DNA from: Deltaproteobacteria bacterium
GTDB taxonomy: Archaea; Thermoplasmatota; Poseidoniia; Poseidoniales; Poseidoniaceae
NCBI GenBank assembly: GCA_028344335.1
Contig: JAOMAZ010000001.1
Location: 11,468 to 75,467 of the forward strand
Direction: 5' to 3'
Length of the DNA stretch: 64,000 bases
Made by a program: the position numbers and the translations under genes. Below, piece by piece: positions 43,341-53,190 of the stretch. Each line of letters starts with the position of its first letter. Within the stretch, counting starts at the first letter, position 1. Below the pieces are notes generated by a model that saw only the letters and a program-made list of their open reading frames with translations, was not told where the DNA came from and made no database searches.

Positions 43341-44696
43341 ATGGTGTATCTTATGTTAAACCCTGTTGAGGAAGTCATCCAAAGATTAGTAGATGCAGGG
43401 TTGGATGAAAAAGAAGCAAATATTGCAGTTTCCATGGCCGGCCGTTCACCGATGAAGGCAAGCCAAATCGGTAAACTTGTAGGCGTTAGTAGAATGGACG
43501 CATATAACACTCTAAAACGCTTGCAAGAGAAAGGGATGATCAAATCCACCGTCGATAAACCAATGCGTTTTGCGGGCCTAACTATCGCAGAAATATTCCA
43601 TCAACTAATCAACCGAGAAGAAGCAGAATTGCGTAGATTACGAAGCCATTTAGAGGAATTAGAAAGTGGCCCTGCGGAGGCTTTCATCAGCATACCACCT
43701 GAAGTTAAGGAAGCCACATTTACGGTAATCAAAGATAGTACCCACATCCAAGCAGCAATAGAAAGAATGGTCGACGATTCAGAAGAAGAAGTCATCATGA
43801 TGCTTGGTCGCTGGGGGATTCTACATCTCGTCAGGAGTGGTTGTATCGATGCTCTAAACAATGCTGCGATGCGTGGAGTGAAGGTAAGGGTAATTGCAGT
43901 CCTTGAAGAAAAGAACTCCAAGTTCTTCGATAAATTGGATGATGCTATCGAAGTCAGACATTGCAATGATTCCAATGCTGGAATCTCAATATTTGATGAT
44001 GATGCGGCTGTTCAATTAATTTCAATTGAGGAAAATCCTGTCGGGCGAGGTAAAAATGATAGTGCCCTAGTTGTAGAATCTCAAGGCTATAATAAGGCGC
44101 AGCGTGAATTAGTTGATTCCTTATGGGCCGATGCAATAGACATAAACAGCGCCAGAAGTAAAATTCTCCAAGGAAATCTAATTGAACCCCTTAAGGTAGT
44201 TTTAGGAGAAGGATCATTCTATCAAAGATTAAGAATTGGGATTCGAGAATTATCTTCTGTGCCGAATGCTGTGCTGCGAAATAAGGGGGAAATAATTGGA
44301 ATAAATCCACAGAATATTACTTTAGATTTAATGGGTATTTCTTTTGATGATTTAATGCGCGATATCGGCAATAGAATTGGAGAGGAGATTGCAACTTCAG
44401 CCTCATTAATAGATAATGAAGAGAATTTCAATAATGAATTACAGAAAATTTGGAATGAATTGGGGATGGGTGAATTAATTTTAGAGGGAAACCCCCCAAA
44501 TTCAATCACTGTTATCGATTCTAAAGCATGTCAAAGCGGGGCTGAAGTGGGGAGGCTATTTTGCCACTTAGATGAAGGTATACTTGAAGGAGTAATGAAA
44601 TCAAGACATGGCTATTCAAGTGTTTCAGTAAAACGAAATTGTCCGGTTGATGGCTCCGTCTCCTGCCAATTCGAAATTCAACTACTGAATGAATAA
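43341..44696 (+). CDS. TrmB-family transcriptional regulator with a C-terminal V4R-like Cys-containing domain.
   Basis: The N-terminal winged HTH is KASQIGKLVGVSRMDAYNTLKRLQEKGMIKS. The C-terminus SKACQSGAEVGRLFCHLDEGILEGV...VKRNCPVDGSVSCQFEI fits the V4R C..G...C...G....C..G..C.F.I pattern. Confidence 0.6.
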   Translation: MVYLMLNPVEEVIQRLVDAGLDEKEANIAVSMAGRSPMKASQIGKLVGVSRMDAYNTLKRLQEKGMIKSTVDKPMRFAGLTIAEIFHQLINREEAELRRLRSHLEELESGPAEAFISIPPEVKEATFTVIKDSTHIQAAIERMVDDSEEEVIMMLGRWGILHLVRSGCIDALNNAAMRGVKVRVIAVLEEKNSKFFDKLDDAIEVRHCNDSNAGISIFDDDAAVQLISIEENPVGRGKNDSALVVESQGYNKAQRELVDSLWADAIDINSARSKILQGNLIEPLKVVLGEGSFYQRLRIGIRELSSVPNAVLRNKGEIIGINPQNITLDLMGISFDDLMRDIGNRIGEEIATSASLIDNEENFNNELQKIWNELGMGELILEGNPPNSITVIDSKACQSGAEVGRLFCHLDEGILEGVMKSRHGYSSVSVKRNCPVDGSVSCQFEIQLLNE

Positions 44697-44820
44697 TCAA
44701 CGCACATATTGAAGAAGGTCCCCTTCTTGCCTTAGGCTGATAATCATGGATTGCGGTACCTGTCCGACCAGTGAAGTGGTCACCATTGAAGTCCCCAAAG
44801 TGGTTCAATGCAATGTTTCG

Positions 44821-45126
44821 ATGAGCGAATCTGCGGTTAAAATGCTTGCCGATGCTTTCGGTGAAGATCGTACTTCAGCACTTTTAGTTGGGGTACTTTC
44901 AGGTGGATGTTCGGGCTATATGTATGATTTGCAAATCGTAGAAGAAACCGATGTAGATTGCCAAGAGCATGTGATTGAAGGCTTCAAAGTACTAATTCCA
45001 AATCATGCAAGCCATATGCTTGATGGGATTCGTATCGATTATATCGACCGTTTAATGGGGGGTGGATTCAAAATTGAGAATCCCGGTGCAGAACGCTCCT
45101 GTGGTTGCGGAGAGAGTTTTGGATGA
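44821..45126 (+). CDS. iscA: Fe-S cluster insertion/carrier protein of the IscA/HesB/ErpA (A-type carrier) family.
   Basis: GGCSGYMYDL and the C-terminal CGCGESFG A-type-carrier Cys motifs. The start is trimmed to MSESAVKMLADAF; the track ORF starts at 44746. Confidence 0.8.
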   Translation: MSESAVKMLADAFGEDRTSALLVGVLSGGCSGYMYDLQIVEETDVDCQEHVIEGFKVLIPNHASHMLDGIRIDYIDRLMGGGFKIENPGAERSCGCGESFG

Positions 45127-45833
45127 ATGGCTTCAGTTTTGAAGAACGCACCCTATTGATTATTCGAGGTAAGAATCGATTATCATTCATCAATAACCTA
45201 TCTACTAACAAGGCTGATTTCTTGGAAGTAGGACAGACTATTGAAACTATTTTCACAGATGTCAATGCCCGAATAATTGACTTAGCAATAATCGGCCAAA
45301 TGGAAGAAGCGACTTTCATTATTGGCCACCAAGCTAACCATTCAAGACTGCTGACTCATCTTTTACAACGTTCAAATCTAGATGCAGTAGAGATGACAGA
45401 TTCAAGCACATTAAACCAATTCATCCGTCTAAATGAAAACCATGATCGCGAAGTGTGGACAACTAGAAATGACGCTACTTTAGTATCAGACGGTCCATTT
45501 ACATTAGTGGTATTATCGAAACAGAAATCATCTTCTAAATTCACAGAAGGACTTAATGAAACTTGTTTAGAAGAAAAAAGAATCAAGGCATTGCGGCCTG
45601 GGCCTGCTGAATTGACTGCAAAGTTCACACCCTACAATATTGGATTAGGGCACCTTGTTAGTGAGACAAAAGGATGCTACCTTGGGCAAGAAGTATTGGC
45701 CAGAATGCAGAGCCGAGGAAAGAAAGGGAAACAGTTGATTCTTGTAAAAGGCGAGGATCTCCAAATTGGAAAAAATGGAGTCACTAGTGCCGCAAATAAC
45801 CATGGTTTGGCGGTCATCACTCCTCTTGGCTGA
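45123..45833 (+). CDS. ygfZ: YgfZ/CAF17/IBA57-family folate-binding Fe-S cluster assembly factor (GcvT-like fold).
   Basis: The family signature K-G-C-Y-x-G-Q-E is present as TKGCYLGQEV. About 236 aa. The ATG overlaps the iscA TGA (ATGA). Confidence 0.7.
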   Translation: MNGFSFEERTLLIIRGKNRLSFINNLSTNKADFLEVGQTIETIFTDVNARIIDLAIIGQMEEATFIIGHQANHSRLLTHLLQRSNLDAVEMTDSSTLNQFIRLNENHDREVWTTRNDATLVSDGPFTLVVLSKQKSSSKFTEGLNETCLEEKRIKALRPGPAELTAKFTPYNIGLGHLVSETKGCYLGQEVLARMQSRGKKGKQLILVKGEDLQIGKNGVTSAANNHGLAVITPLG

Positions 45834-46971
45834 GGAATGAAAGATCTGGACGTATTGGCATTGTAGAGTCATCATTATCTAGGCGACTTGGTAAATTATC
45901 GATCATTCCAAATGTTACTGCATCACGCTCTTTGATGACCGCTTTGCCCAATAGTCTATCTCGCATCGAACATTCCACATGCAATAATAAACGGTCTTCA
46001 TGACGATTGAATGAATATGATACTGGGTCAAGGACTTCAACGACCTGTTGAGCAAAAGTATCCCTTACTTTCTTACCTCGCCTTTGAGCATAACCAATTT
46101 CTACCGCCATTCCTACAACTGTAACCGAAAATAAAACCAATAGCACTGTTAGCGCGAAAAGTATGGAATTTCCACCTCTGGCTTCTGCCATCAAATCTCT
46201 TCCTAAAAGGAATAACAGTCCGACTCCGACGAGTGGGTTGATGTATGATTCAGCCCATGCTTCAACTTGCATTAGACTGGTTCTTGAAGCATCAGCAAAA
46301 ACTAATTCCGCGGCGATGGCATTGGAAATTACTTCCAATACTGACAACATCGCGAGATAAATAACTCCCGAAATTAAAAATTCCACCCAAAAATCAGTTC
46401 TGAAACTCCAGTGAACGATTAACCAAGCAAATAGCCCTAAGAATACCGAACGTGGCATGCGGTGAAATGAGACTAAATCCTGACGTAATTTATCATGGTC
46501 TCTGTGCACTTGTGGAATATGGATAATCCCCCACTTTGTCCAATCCTGTAGATATTTCAAAGAAGATACCAACAATTTTCTGTCAATTAATACCCATTCA
46601 GTAAAGGCCATCAAAGGCAATACAAGCAAGAATAATGGTGAAGCAAGTAATACTGCAACCGGTAAAATAATCAATGCTGGAAGTAAAATAAAGTGATGAA
46701 GACCAAGGGGGAAAAGGACATCTGTTTCGATTAATCTAACTCGTTCAATAGTAATATTACGTTGTCTTGCCTCATCATCCAACTTTTCACGATGCCTTTC
46801 CAATGATTGACCGCTATCAAGAATTGCTCTGACGTGAGCCCTGTATTCTTGCTGGTCAAGGGTTTTGCCAACATACATATGCCAAACTAATCGAGCTGGA
46901 ATAGCCATTAATAATGGAAGAGCTAATATTGCAATTGACCAAAGCAGAGCCTCGATATCAAGTTCCTGCAT
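45817..46971 (-). CDS. Polytopic membrane protein. Hypothetical.
   Basis: 384 aa with at least 7 hydrophobic helices. No motif recognised. Confidence 0.45.
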   Translation of the reverse strand: MQELDIEALLWSIAILALPLLMAIPARLVWHMYVGKTLDQQEYRAHVRAILDSGQSLERHREKLDDEARQRNITIERVRLIETDVLFPLGLHHFILLPALIILPVAVLLASPLFLLVLPLMAFTEWVLIDRKLLVSSLKYLQDWTKWGIIHIPQVHRDHDKLRQDLVSFHRMPRSVFLGLFAWLIVHWSFRTDFWVEFLISGVIYLAMLSVLEVISNAIAAELVFADASRTSLMQVEAWAESYINPLVGVGLLFLLGRDLMAEARGGNSILFALTVLLVLFSVTVVGMAVEIGYAQRRGKKVRDTFAQQVVEVLDPVSYSFNRHEDRLLLHVECSMRDRLLGKAVIKERDAVTFGMIDNLPSRLDNDDSTMPIRPDLSFLSQEE

Positions 46972-47011
46972 GTTAATGCGTAGTGCTGTTATTTGATGAG
47001 GCTATTGGCCA

Positions 47012-48019
47012 ATGCCAAGGTTCATTGACATTATCGAAAGCCAATGGACTATGGCACGCATTGCAGTGGTTGATGGAATGGCTAGTCAGGCAGTAAACCA
47101 TCTCGCATCATTGGGGAATGAAGTAGTTGAGGGATTTATCGAAAAGGAGATGCTATCACATGGTGCTTTAGAAGGATTTGATGCAATTATCGTCAGGTCT
47201 GCAACCAAATTAACCGCCGAAGTTATCAGCGCGAGTAAAGGTTTGAAGGTTATTGGTAGAGCCGGAGTTGGAGTAGATAATATCGACCTAGATGCAGCAA
47301 TAGAGGCTGGAATTACCGTTGTCAATGCGCCACGTGCAGCAACTACAAGTGTGATTGAATTAACCATTGCTCACCTATTGACCTCAACAAGAAAACTAGC
47401 AATCTCCAACCAGGGTCTGAAAGCAGGTTTATGGGAAAAGAATATGATGAAAGGTAGTGAGATTTCAGGGAAAGCACTTGGGTTCGTGGGTTTTGGAAGA
47501 ATCGCTCAAGGAGTTGCAACGATGGCGAAGGCTTTTGGAATGGAAATTCATGCTTATGACCCATATTTACCAAAACAAATTGCAGAACGACTTGAGGCCC
47601 GTATGCACGATCATGTAAATGATTTATTCAGGATGTGCACTCATATCACCATCCATTGCAACCTGACTGAAGAAACATATCATTTAGTTAATGCACAAAG
47701 GTTGGCTTTGATGCCTCAATTAGGCAAGGATGGTGTTGCGTGTGGTAGCCATGTGGTAAATTGTGCCCGTGGAGGTATTGTCGATGAAGATGCGGCATTT
47801 GCTGCCTTGGAGTCAGGTGAATTGACTACGCTTGCTCTCGATGTCTTTGAGGTTGAACCGGTTGATCCTGAGAATCCACTATTACAACATCCAGGCTTCC
47901 ATGGAACCCCTCATATCGGGGCAGCAACTTTGGAAGCCCAAGTCAGAGTGGGGATGAATATTGCCGATGCCGTCAATGCTGCCTTGACAGGCGAGGATGT
48001 CGCTACTCGCGTCGCTTGA
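47012..48019 (+). CDS. D-isomer-specific 2-hydroxyacid dehydrogenase (SerA/PHGDH-like, without an ACT domain).
   Basis: GFVGFGRIAQGVA Rossmann NAD motif, CARGGIVDE, and the catalytic-region motif H.G. A possible start is at 47048. Confidence 0.75.
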   Translation: MPRFIDIIESQWTMARIAVVDGMASQAVNHLASLGNEVVEGFIEKEMLSHGALEGFDAIIVRSATKLTAEVISASKGLKVIGRAGVGVDNIDLDAAIEAGITVVNAPRAATTSVIELTIAHLLTSTRKLAISNQGLKAGLWEKNMMKGSEISGKALGFVGFGRIAQGVATMAKAFGMEIHAYDPYLPKQIAERLEARMHDHVNDLFRMCTHITIHCNLTEETYHLVNAQRLALMPQLGKDGVACGSHVVNCARGGIVDEDAAFAALESGELTTLALDVFEVEPVDPENPLLQHPGFHGTPHIGAATLEAQVRVGMNIADAVNAALTGEDVATRVA

Positions 48020-48632
48020 AAAGAGTCGAAACATAAGGTCTCTTAGCCCCTGAAGGAGTTGAATGAACATGTCTCTTAAACAGAATTAATTCAAAATCTG
48101 AACCTAAAAATTGCTCTAACATTTCCTCATCATATCGTTGTAAGTCTAAGCCTGAACATTGTGGCGCACCTTCTGGTGAAAATGTTTCAATGATGACGAA
48201 ACCACCCCTTTTCACAACCCTCTTTAGGTTCTTTAGATAACCTTGTTTTTCTATGTTTGAGGTGAAGAAATGTAGCACTGCTCTATCATGCCATAAATCG
48301 ATTGAGTTTTCTTCAATATCTAAAGGGTAGGTGATGTCTGCAACTTCCCATGTGATTAAGTCCGCCAATCTTTTCCTACTTACTGCCAAAGCAGAAGCGC
48401 TAATATCCATAGCTACAATATTGCTGTAACCTTCATCCAATAAGTCATCGAGCAGAGTAGTGGCGCCACTCCCCACGTCTAAGATTCTTGCATCTTTGAT
48501 AATTCCTGAGTTGTTAATAAATTCTATACTAACCTCATGCTGTGCCTGAAACCATCCTACTTCTTGGGCTGATTTTAATGAATATACGGATTGCCAATGT
48601 TCCTTTGTTGAATGACTTCTCTTGGCCACCAT
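48003..48632 (-). CDS. Class I SAM-dependent methyltransferase (TPMT/TehB-like).
   Basis: ILDVGSGATTLLDDLLDEGYSNIVAMDIS motif I and post-I. The HWQSVY N-terminus is reminiscent of thiopurine-methyltransferase-like proteins. Confidence 0.65.
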   Translation of the reverse strand: MVAKRSHSTKEHWQSVYSLKSAQEVGWFQAQHEVSIEFINNSGIIKDARILDVGSGATTLLDDLLDEGYSNIVAMDISASALAVSRKRLADLITWEVADITYPLDIEENSIDLWHDRAVLHFFTSNIEKQGYLKNLKRVVKRGGFVIIETFSPEGAPQCSGLDLQRYDEEMLEQFLGSDFELILFKRHVHSTPSGAKRPYVSTLFKRRE

Positions 48633-48776
48633 GATTCGGCATCGTGGCTGAGTTGATGAATACTTTCACTTTCAGCGCCGCCCCCTGCGAAACAAAGGTA
48701 GTCCTCGGCTGGAAAGAACACATATGGGTAATCCTGAAAGTGAAAGTGTTCTATGTGCGAAGCCTCTGTTGGTTGT

Positions 48777-49439
48777 ATGGACGGATTCATACCCCTGCAA
48801 TTCAAGGAAAGGGAAGTGGAAGAAATGCTGCGATTAGCTGAGGCCACATATTGTGAAATGAGGGAGCGTAGAACTACTCGTCAATTCAGTGATAAAGAGG
48901 TACCTAAGAGATTATTGGAATTAGCGATTAAAAGCGCTAGCACTGCTCCAAGCGGCGCTCATTTACAGCCATGGACTTTCGTAGTAATCTCAAATCAAGA
49001 GTTGAAGCAAAAAATTAGAGTTGCAGCTGAAGAAGAAGAATTGAAAACCTACCAAGACAGAATGCCCGAAGCCTGGGCAGAATTACTGGAACCCTTGGGC
49101 ACAGACCATGTCAAGGAACATATTACCACCGCACCATGGTTGGTTATTCTATTCAAACAAAATAAAAGGTTGCGCGACAATGGAGAATGGGGGCCAACCT
49201 ATTACGCTACAGAATCAGTTGGAATTGCGGCTGGTATATTCATCTCAGCAATTCATAAAATGGGCTTGTGTACATTGACTCATACCCCCTCACCTATGGG
49301 CTTCTTGCGTCAAATTCTCGAGCGTCCAGAACACGAATCGGCGATATTATTGATGCCTGTTGGATATCCGGCAGAAGATGCACAAGTACCAGACTTGCAA
49401 AGAAAACCTCTTGATGAAATTAGTATTTGGTTTGAATAA
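48777..49439 (+). CDS. Iodotyrosine deiodinase (IYD)-subfamily flavoprotein of the nitro-FMN reductase superfamily.
   Basis: RRTTRQFSDKEVP...TAPSGAHLQPWTFVVISNQELKQKIRVAAEEEELKTYQDRM...KEHITTAPWLVILFKQ...YYATESVGIAAGIFISAI...LMPVGYPAEDAQVPDLQRKPLDEI aligns with human IYD (RRSVR...TAPSGAHTEPWTFVVV...EEEEINYMKRM...KEYLDTAP...[24 protein letters not shown]). Confidence 0.8.
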   Translation: MDGFIPLQFKEREVEEMLRLAEATYCEMRERRTTRQFSDKEVPKRLLELAIKSASTAPSGAHLQPWTFVVISNQELKQKIRVAAEEEELKTYQDRMPEAWAELLEPLGTDHVKEHITTAPWLVILFKQNKRLRDNGEWGPTYYATESVGIAAGIFISAIHKMGLCTLTHTPSPMGFLRQILERPEHESAILLMPVGYPAEDAQVPDLQRKPLDEISIWFE

Positions 49440-49443
49440 TTAG

Positions 49444-50559
49444 GTGATAACCGTGAATGATGAGCGAATTATCATCCATTGTGACATGGATGCTTTTTTC
49501 GCTGCAGTAGAAACTTTGCACCATGATCTTAACCCTGAAATACCGTTGATTCTAGGATCAGATCCTCAAGGTGGCCGGGGACGGGGCATCGTCTCAACTT
49601 GCAATTATGCTGCTCGTAAATATGGAATACATTCAGCGATGCCAATTTCAGAAGCATGGAGACGATGCCCTGGAGCACCTCATGGGACCGGATTGTACAT
49701 GATCAGTACACGTGGATTATATCGGCGGGCGAGTCGTAAAGTTATGGAAATATTAGCAAAATATGCCGATAAATTTGAGCAAGCAAGTATTGATGAGGCA
49801 TATTTGGATGTGACTGATTATGTCAAAAATGATTGGGATAAAGCATTGGCATTGGCAAGGCAGTTGCAATCGGAAATTAAAGAAAAGCTACAACTTGGTT
49901 CAAGCTTTGGCATTGGCCCAACCCGCATCGTTGCAAAAATGGGAAGCGAAGAAAACAAGCCCGCAGGTATCCACATAACAAGGCCTGAACAAGTGATGGA
50001 GTTTTTCACACAAAGAGCATGTCGAGCCGTGCCTGGAATTGGTCCGGCATCTGCAACTCGATTGGCTGAATGCGGTATTGAAACGATGGATGAGGCCTAT
50101 TCGATGGGGGAATTAGCACTTGGAAGAGCCATTTCAGAAAGAAGTGCAAAATGGATGATCAGGGTGGTAGAAGGAAGAACTTCCAATGAAGTTAGCCCAC
50201 TTAGAAGTCGAAAGTCAATTGGTAAAGAACATACCTTTTCCAAAGATACTACCGATGTGGAACTTATTTTAAAAAGACTTGAGATGCTAATCGAGAGAGT
50301 CTTTGAACGAATGAAAAAAATGCAAATCTGTGCCCGATTGGTAGAAGTTAAAATTCGCTACAAAGGCTTTGAAACCCATACAGTACATCGTTCAATTCCA
50401 GTTGCCATGGATGAAATATCGGTGTTCCGCAGGCTTGCTAATCGCTTATTTGCAGAAAGTTATGAACAACAAAGGGCGGTTCGTTTAGTTGGCTTTAGAG
50501 TTGGCCAATTGGACATGCAAGCAAGCAAACAAACTATTCTTTTCAACGAAGAAGAATAA
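49444..50559 (+). CDS. dinB: DNA polymerase IV (Y-family, DinB/Dbh).
   Basis: IIHCDMDAFFAAVE active-site motif, SIDEAYLDV, and the little-finger domain. Confidence 0.9.
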   Translation: MITVNDERIIIHCDMDAFFAAVETLHHDLNPEIPLILGSDPQGGRGRGIVSTCNYAARKYGIHSAMPISEAWRRCPGAPHGTGLYMISTRGLYRRASRKVMEILAKYADKFEQASIDEAYLDVTDYVKNDWDKALALARQLQSEIKEKLQLGSSFGIGPTRIVAKMGSEENKPAGIHITRPEQVMEFFTQRACRAVPGIGPASATRLAECGIETMDEAYSMGELALGRAISERSAKWMIRVVEGRTSNEVSPLRSRKSIGKEHTFSKDTTDVELILKRLEMLIERVFERMKKMQICARLVEVKIRYKGFETHTVHRSIPVAMDEISVFRRLANRLFAESYEQQRAVRLVGFRVGQLDMQASKQTILFNEEE

Positions 50560-50560
50560 G

Positions 50561-53041
50561 TCACTCAAGTTTGTGCATTGCAGTCAATACATCAGTGAAG
50601 TCAACTAAATCTGTAGGTATTGATATTCCTTCAATCGGCGCATTCAATGATAGACCTGCATCCTTTTTTTGTTTCCAAGTTGCACTGTTAAACTCTTGAA
50701 TTGAATTACTTAATGCACATAGGTCCGAATCGCATACGATTGGAGTTTCAGGGAATTTGCGAACATCTACAGCACTACTCTCGTACAGAGTTGAGGTGAT
50801 ATGGTGGCTGAAAAAGGGACACACAGGGGAGAAGGCAGCCATGAAGTCTCGAACAATTCTGTGAATTGTCCAAGCAGCAGATTGGTCACCATCATAAAGA
50901 CGAGTCTTGGCCATCTCCAACCAATGGCTAGGTAGGATTCCAGTGCCAAAATTTTTCAATGCTTGAGTAGCACTGTAAATATCTAATGCTGACCAATTTT
51001 CTTGAACCTGAGACATGCACATTGAAAACTCTGAGAGTATCCATCTATCCTCAATATTGAGGTGGCTTGGAGTGCTATCTAAATCATCAGGAACTTCAAA
51101 CTGACTCGCAAAACGTGCCACATTGAATAACTTGGTCAAAACTCCAAAATACTTGGCTTCAATCTCCTCAGGATTGATATGAAAATCATCTCCAACTTGG
51201 GCATCACACGCCTTCCAAAGGCGAAAACATTCACTACCAATTTTATTGGCCTTTAATTGCACTTGCTTTCCATCTGTACCCTTGATCTTCCAACTTCCGG
51301 TTCGCCCACTAGCGCCGCATTCCAAAACCGTATCAGCATCAATTCCATTTCCAAGAGATTTACTCATTTTACGGCCCCAAGGGTCCATTCCAAGTCCATC
51401 AATCCAGACATTAGAAAAACCAGGTTTATCGAGTAATAAAGTGCTCTTAAGCAGAGTATAATAGAGCCAAGTTCGAACGATTTCTTTTCCTTGCGGCCTC
51501 AAACTAGTTGGAAAAGCTTTGTCGAATACATCTGGTTGATTTAGATAACCACTGACGAAAAGATTCGAATTAGATGAATCCATCCATGTGTCAAATACCT
51601 TAGATTCACCAACTACCTTACCTAAATCATCTTTCAACTCATCCCAACTCCCAAGCATCTCTCTGCTCTCCCTGTCAAGCACATCCGAACCAGAAGGAGG
51701 TTCTTCTCTCCATGGTTGAACATAGGTACCAGAAGGAGCAACTATGACTTTACTTTCATCTTCAGAATACCAAATTGGGATTTCAGTATGGTACCAGCGT
51801 CTTCGGCTGATGGGCCAATCAATACTGATATTTTGCATCCAATCTAGGAGGAATTGCTTGTTTCTAGGAGGTACAAAATTGATTTCCTCGATATGCTCTT
51901 TCATCCTTTCCTGAATGTGGGTTTGTCGCACATACCATTCCTTGAGTAAGATTGTTTCAACTGGGTTTTTACCTCTCTCACTGACTGGGACTTCCTGTTC
52001 TTTTTCTTGGATTTGGTGAATGCGCCCTTGTTGTTCTAGGCTTTCAATAACCGATTCACGAGCATCCTTTACTTTCATTCCAGTCAAAGGGCCAGAAATT
52101 GAAGTCATGCATCCATCGAGGTCGATTGCCTGAAATGGCTTCAATCCAAGTTCACGGAAAACTGCCACATCATTTTGGTCGCCAAAAGAACAAACCATCA
52201 GGACTCCACTTCCAAACTCGGATTTTACCGAAGGGTGTGTTACTATGTTTACGAAATTATCTCTACCTTCAACTTCTACTGGCAGGATAATTTTTTTGCC
52301 AACAAGGTGAGAATAACGGTCATCATCAGGATGAACTGCCACAATGCCGCAAGCACAAATCAATTCAGGTCTAGTGGTTGAAATAATGACTTCCTCACCA
52401 TCTTCAGTTTGCCATTTTATATCGACCAATTTGCTTATACGGTTAATACGCTCAACTTCAGCATCTGCGATGGTGGTCTTTTCAACTGGGTCATAGATAT
52501 TTGGACGTAAATCTTCGATGATTTCTCCCATCTTGAATAATTTAGAAAAAATTGATTGAGTTACTGCTCGGTATTCCGTTGAGTCCGTTAAATATTCCCT
52601 TGCAAAGTCACATGAAAGTCCTACTCTTGCTGCAGTATCGCGCATTGCTTGAGTAAACTCCTCGATTGTCTCTCTACAAAGGTGGATGAAATCACCTCTA
52701 TCATAGGTTCTCATCTTCTTTCCATGTTTCTTTTCAACGGTAAATTCAATGTTGATACCGTTTCTATCCACTCCCCATGGGAAGAACACTTCCTTGCCCA
52801 ATAGTCTTTGACTCCTTGCAATAACATCAATCATCGAATATTGTGCAACAGCGCCAATATGCCATGTGCCAGAGGGGTATGGAGGAGGGGTATCAATGAC
52901 AAATATCTCTTTTCCTGAGTCAGGATTGAATCCATATCGAAGGTCATATCCTGAATCAGAATAATGCGCTTCTTGGATTCTCTTTTCAAGGTCTACGGTC
53001 CATCTCTTCTCAGGCAGGCGGGGCTTTGCCATCCATCTCAC
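50561..53041 (-). CDS. valS: Valyl-tRNA synthetase.
   Basis: VIDTPPPYPSGTWHIGAV...IDVIARSQRLLGKEVFFPWGVDRNG matches the archaeal ValRS N-terminus (IDTPPPFTSGTLHLGHV...). It has a KMSKSLGN motif and is 826 aa. Confidence 0.85.
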   Translation of the reverse strand: MRWMAKPRLPEKRWTVDLEKRIQEAHYSDSGYDLRYGFNPDSGKEIFVIDTPPPYPSGTWHIGAVAQYSMIDVIARSQRLLGKEVFFPWGVDRNGINIEFTVEKKHGKKMRTYDRGDFIHLCRETIEEFTQAMRDTAARVGLSCDFAREYLTDSTEYRAVTQSIFSKLFKMGEIIEDLRPNIYDPVEKTTIADAEVERINRISKLVDIKWQTEDGEEVIISTTRPELICACGIVAVHPDDDRYSHLVGKKIILPVEVEGRDNFVNIVTHPSVKSEFGSGVLMVCSFGDQNDVAVFRELGLKPFQAIDLDGCMTSISGPLTGMKVKDARESVIESLEQQGRIHQIQEKEQEVPVSERGKNPVETILLKEWYVRQTHIQERMKEHIEEINFVPPRNKQFLLDWMQNISIDWPISRRRWYHTEIPIWYSEDESKVIVAPSGTYVQPWREEPPSGSDVLDRESREMLGSWDELKDDLGKVVGESKVFDTWMDSSNSNLFVSGYLNQPDVFDKAFPTSLRPQGKEIVRTWLYYTLLKSTLLLDKPGFSNVWIDGLGMDPWGRKMSKSLGNGIDADTVLECGASGRTGSWKIKGTDGKQVQLKANKIGSECFRLWKACDAQVGDDFHINPEEIEAKYFGVLTKLFNVARFASQFEVPDDLDSTPSHLNIEDRWILSEFSMCMSQVQENWSALDIYSATQALKNFGTGILPSHWLEMAKTRLYDGDQSAAWTIHRIVRDFMAAFSPVCPFFSHHITSTLYESSAVDVRKFPETPIVCDSDLCALSNSIQEFNSATWKQKKDAGLSLNAPIEGISIPTDLVDFTDVLTAMHKLE

Positions 53042-53190
53042 TCCATGGCCGATAAGACAGTCAACGCCTTACGTCCACGGCCGGCTCCAACCAGTTACCT
53101 ATGAACCCGCCGCAATGCAAGGAGTTATCAGATACGGTTGATTTGCAACTTATCTTCACCATGTGTTAAATCGGTCTTGCCAACGCCAGC

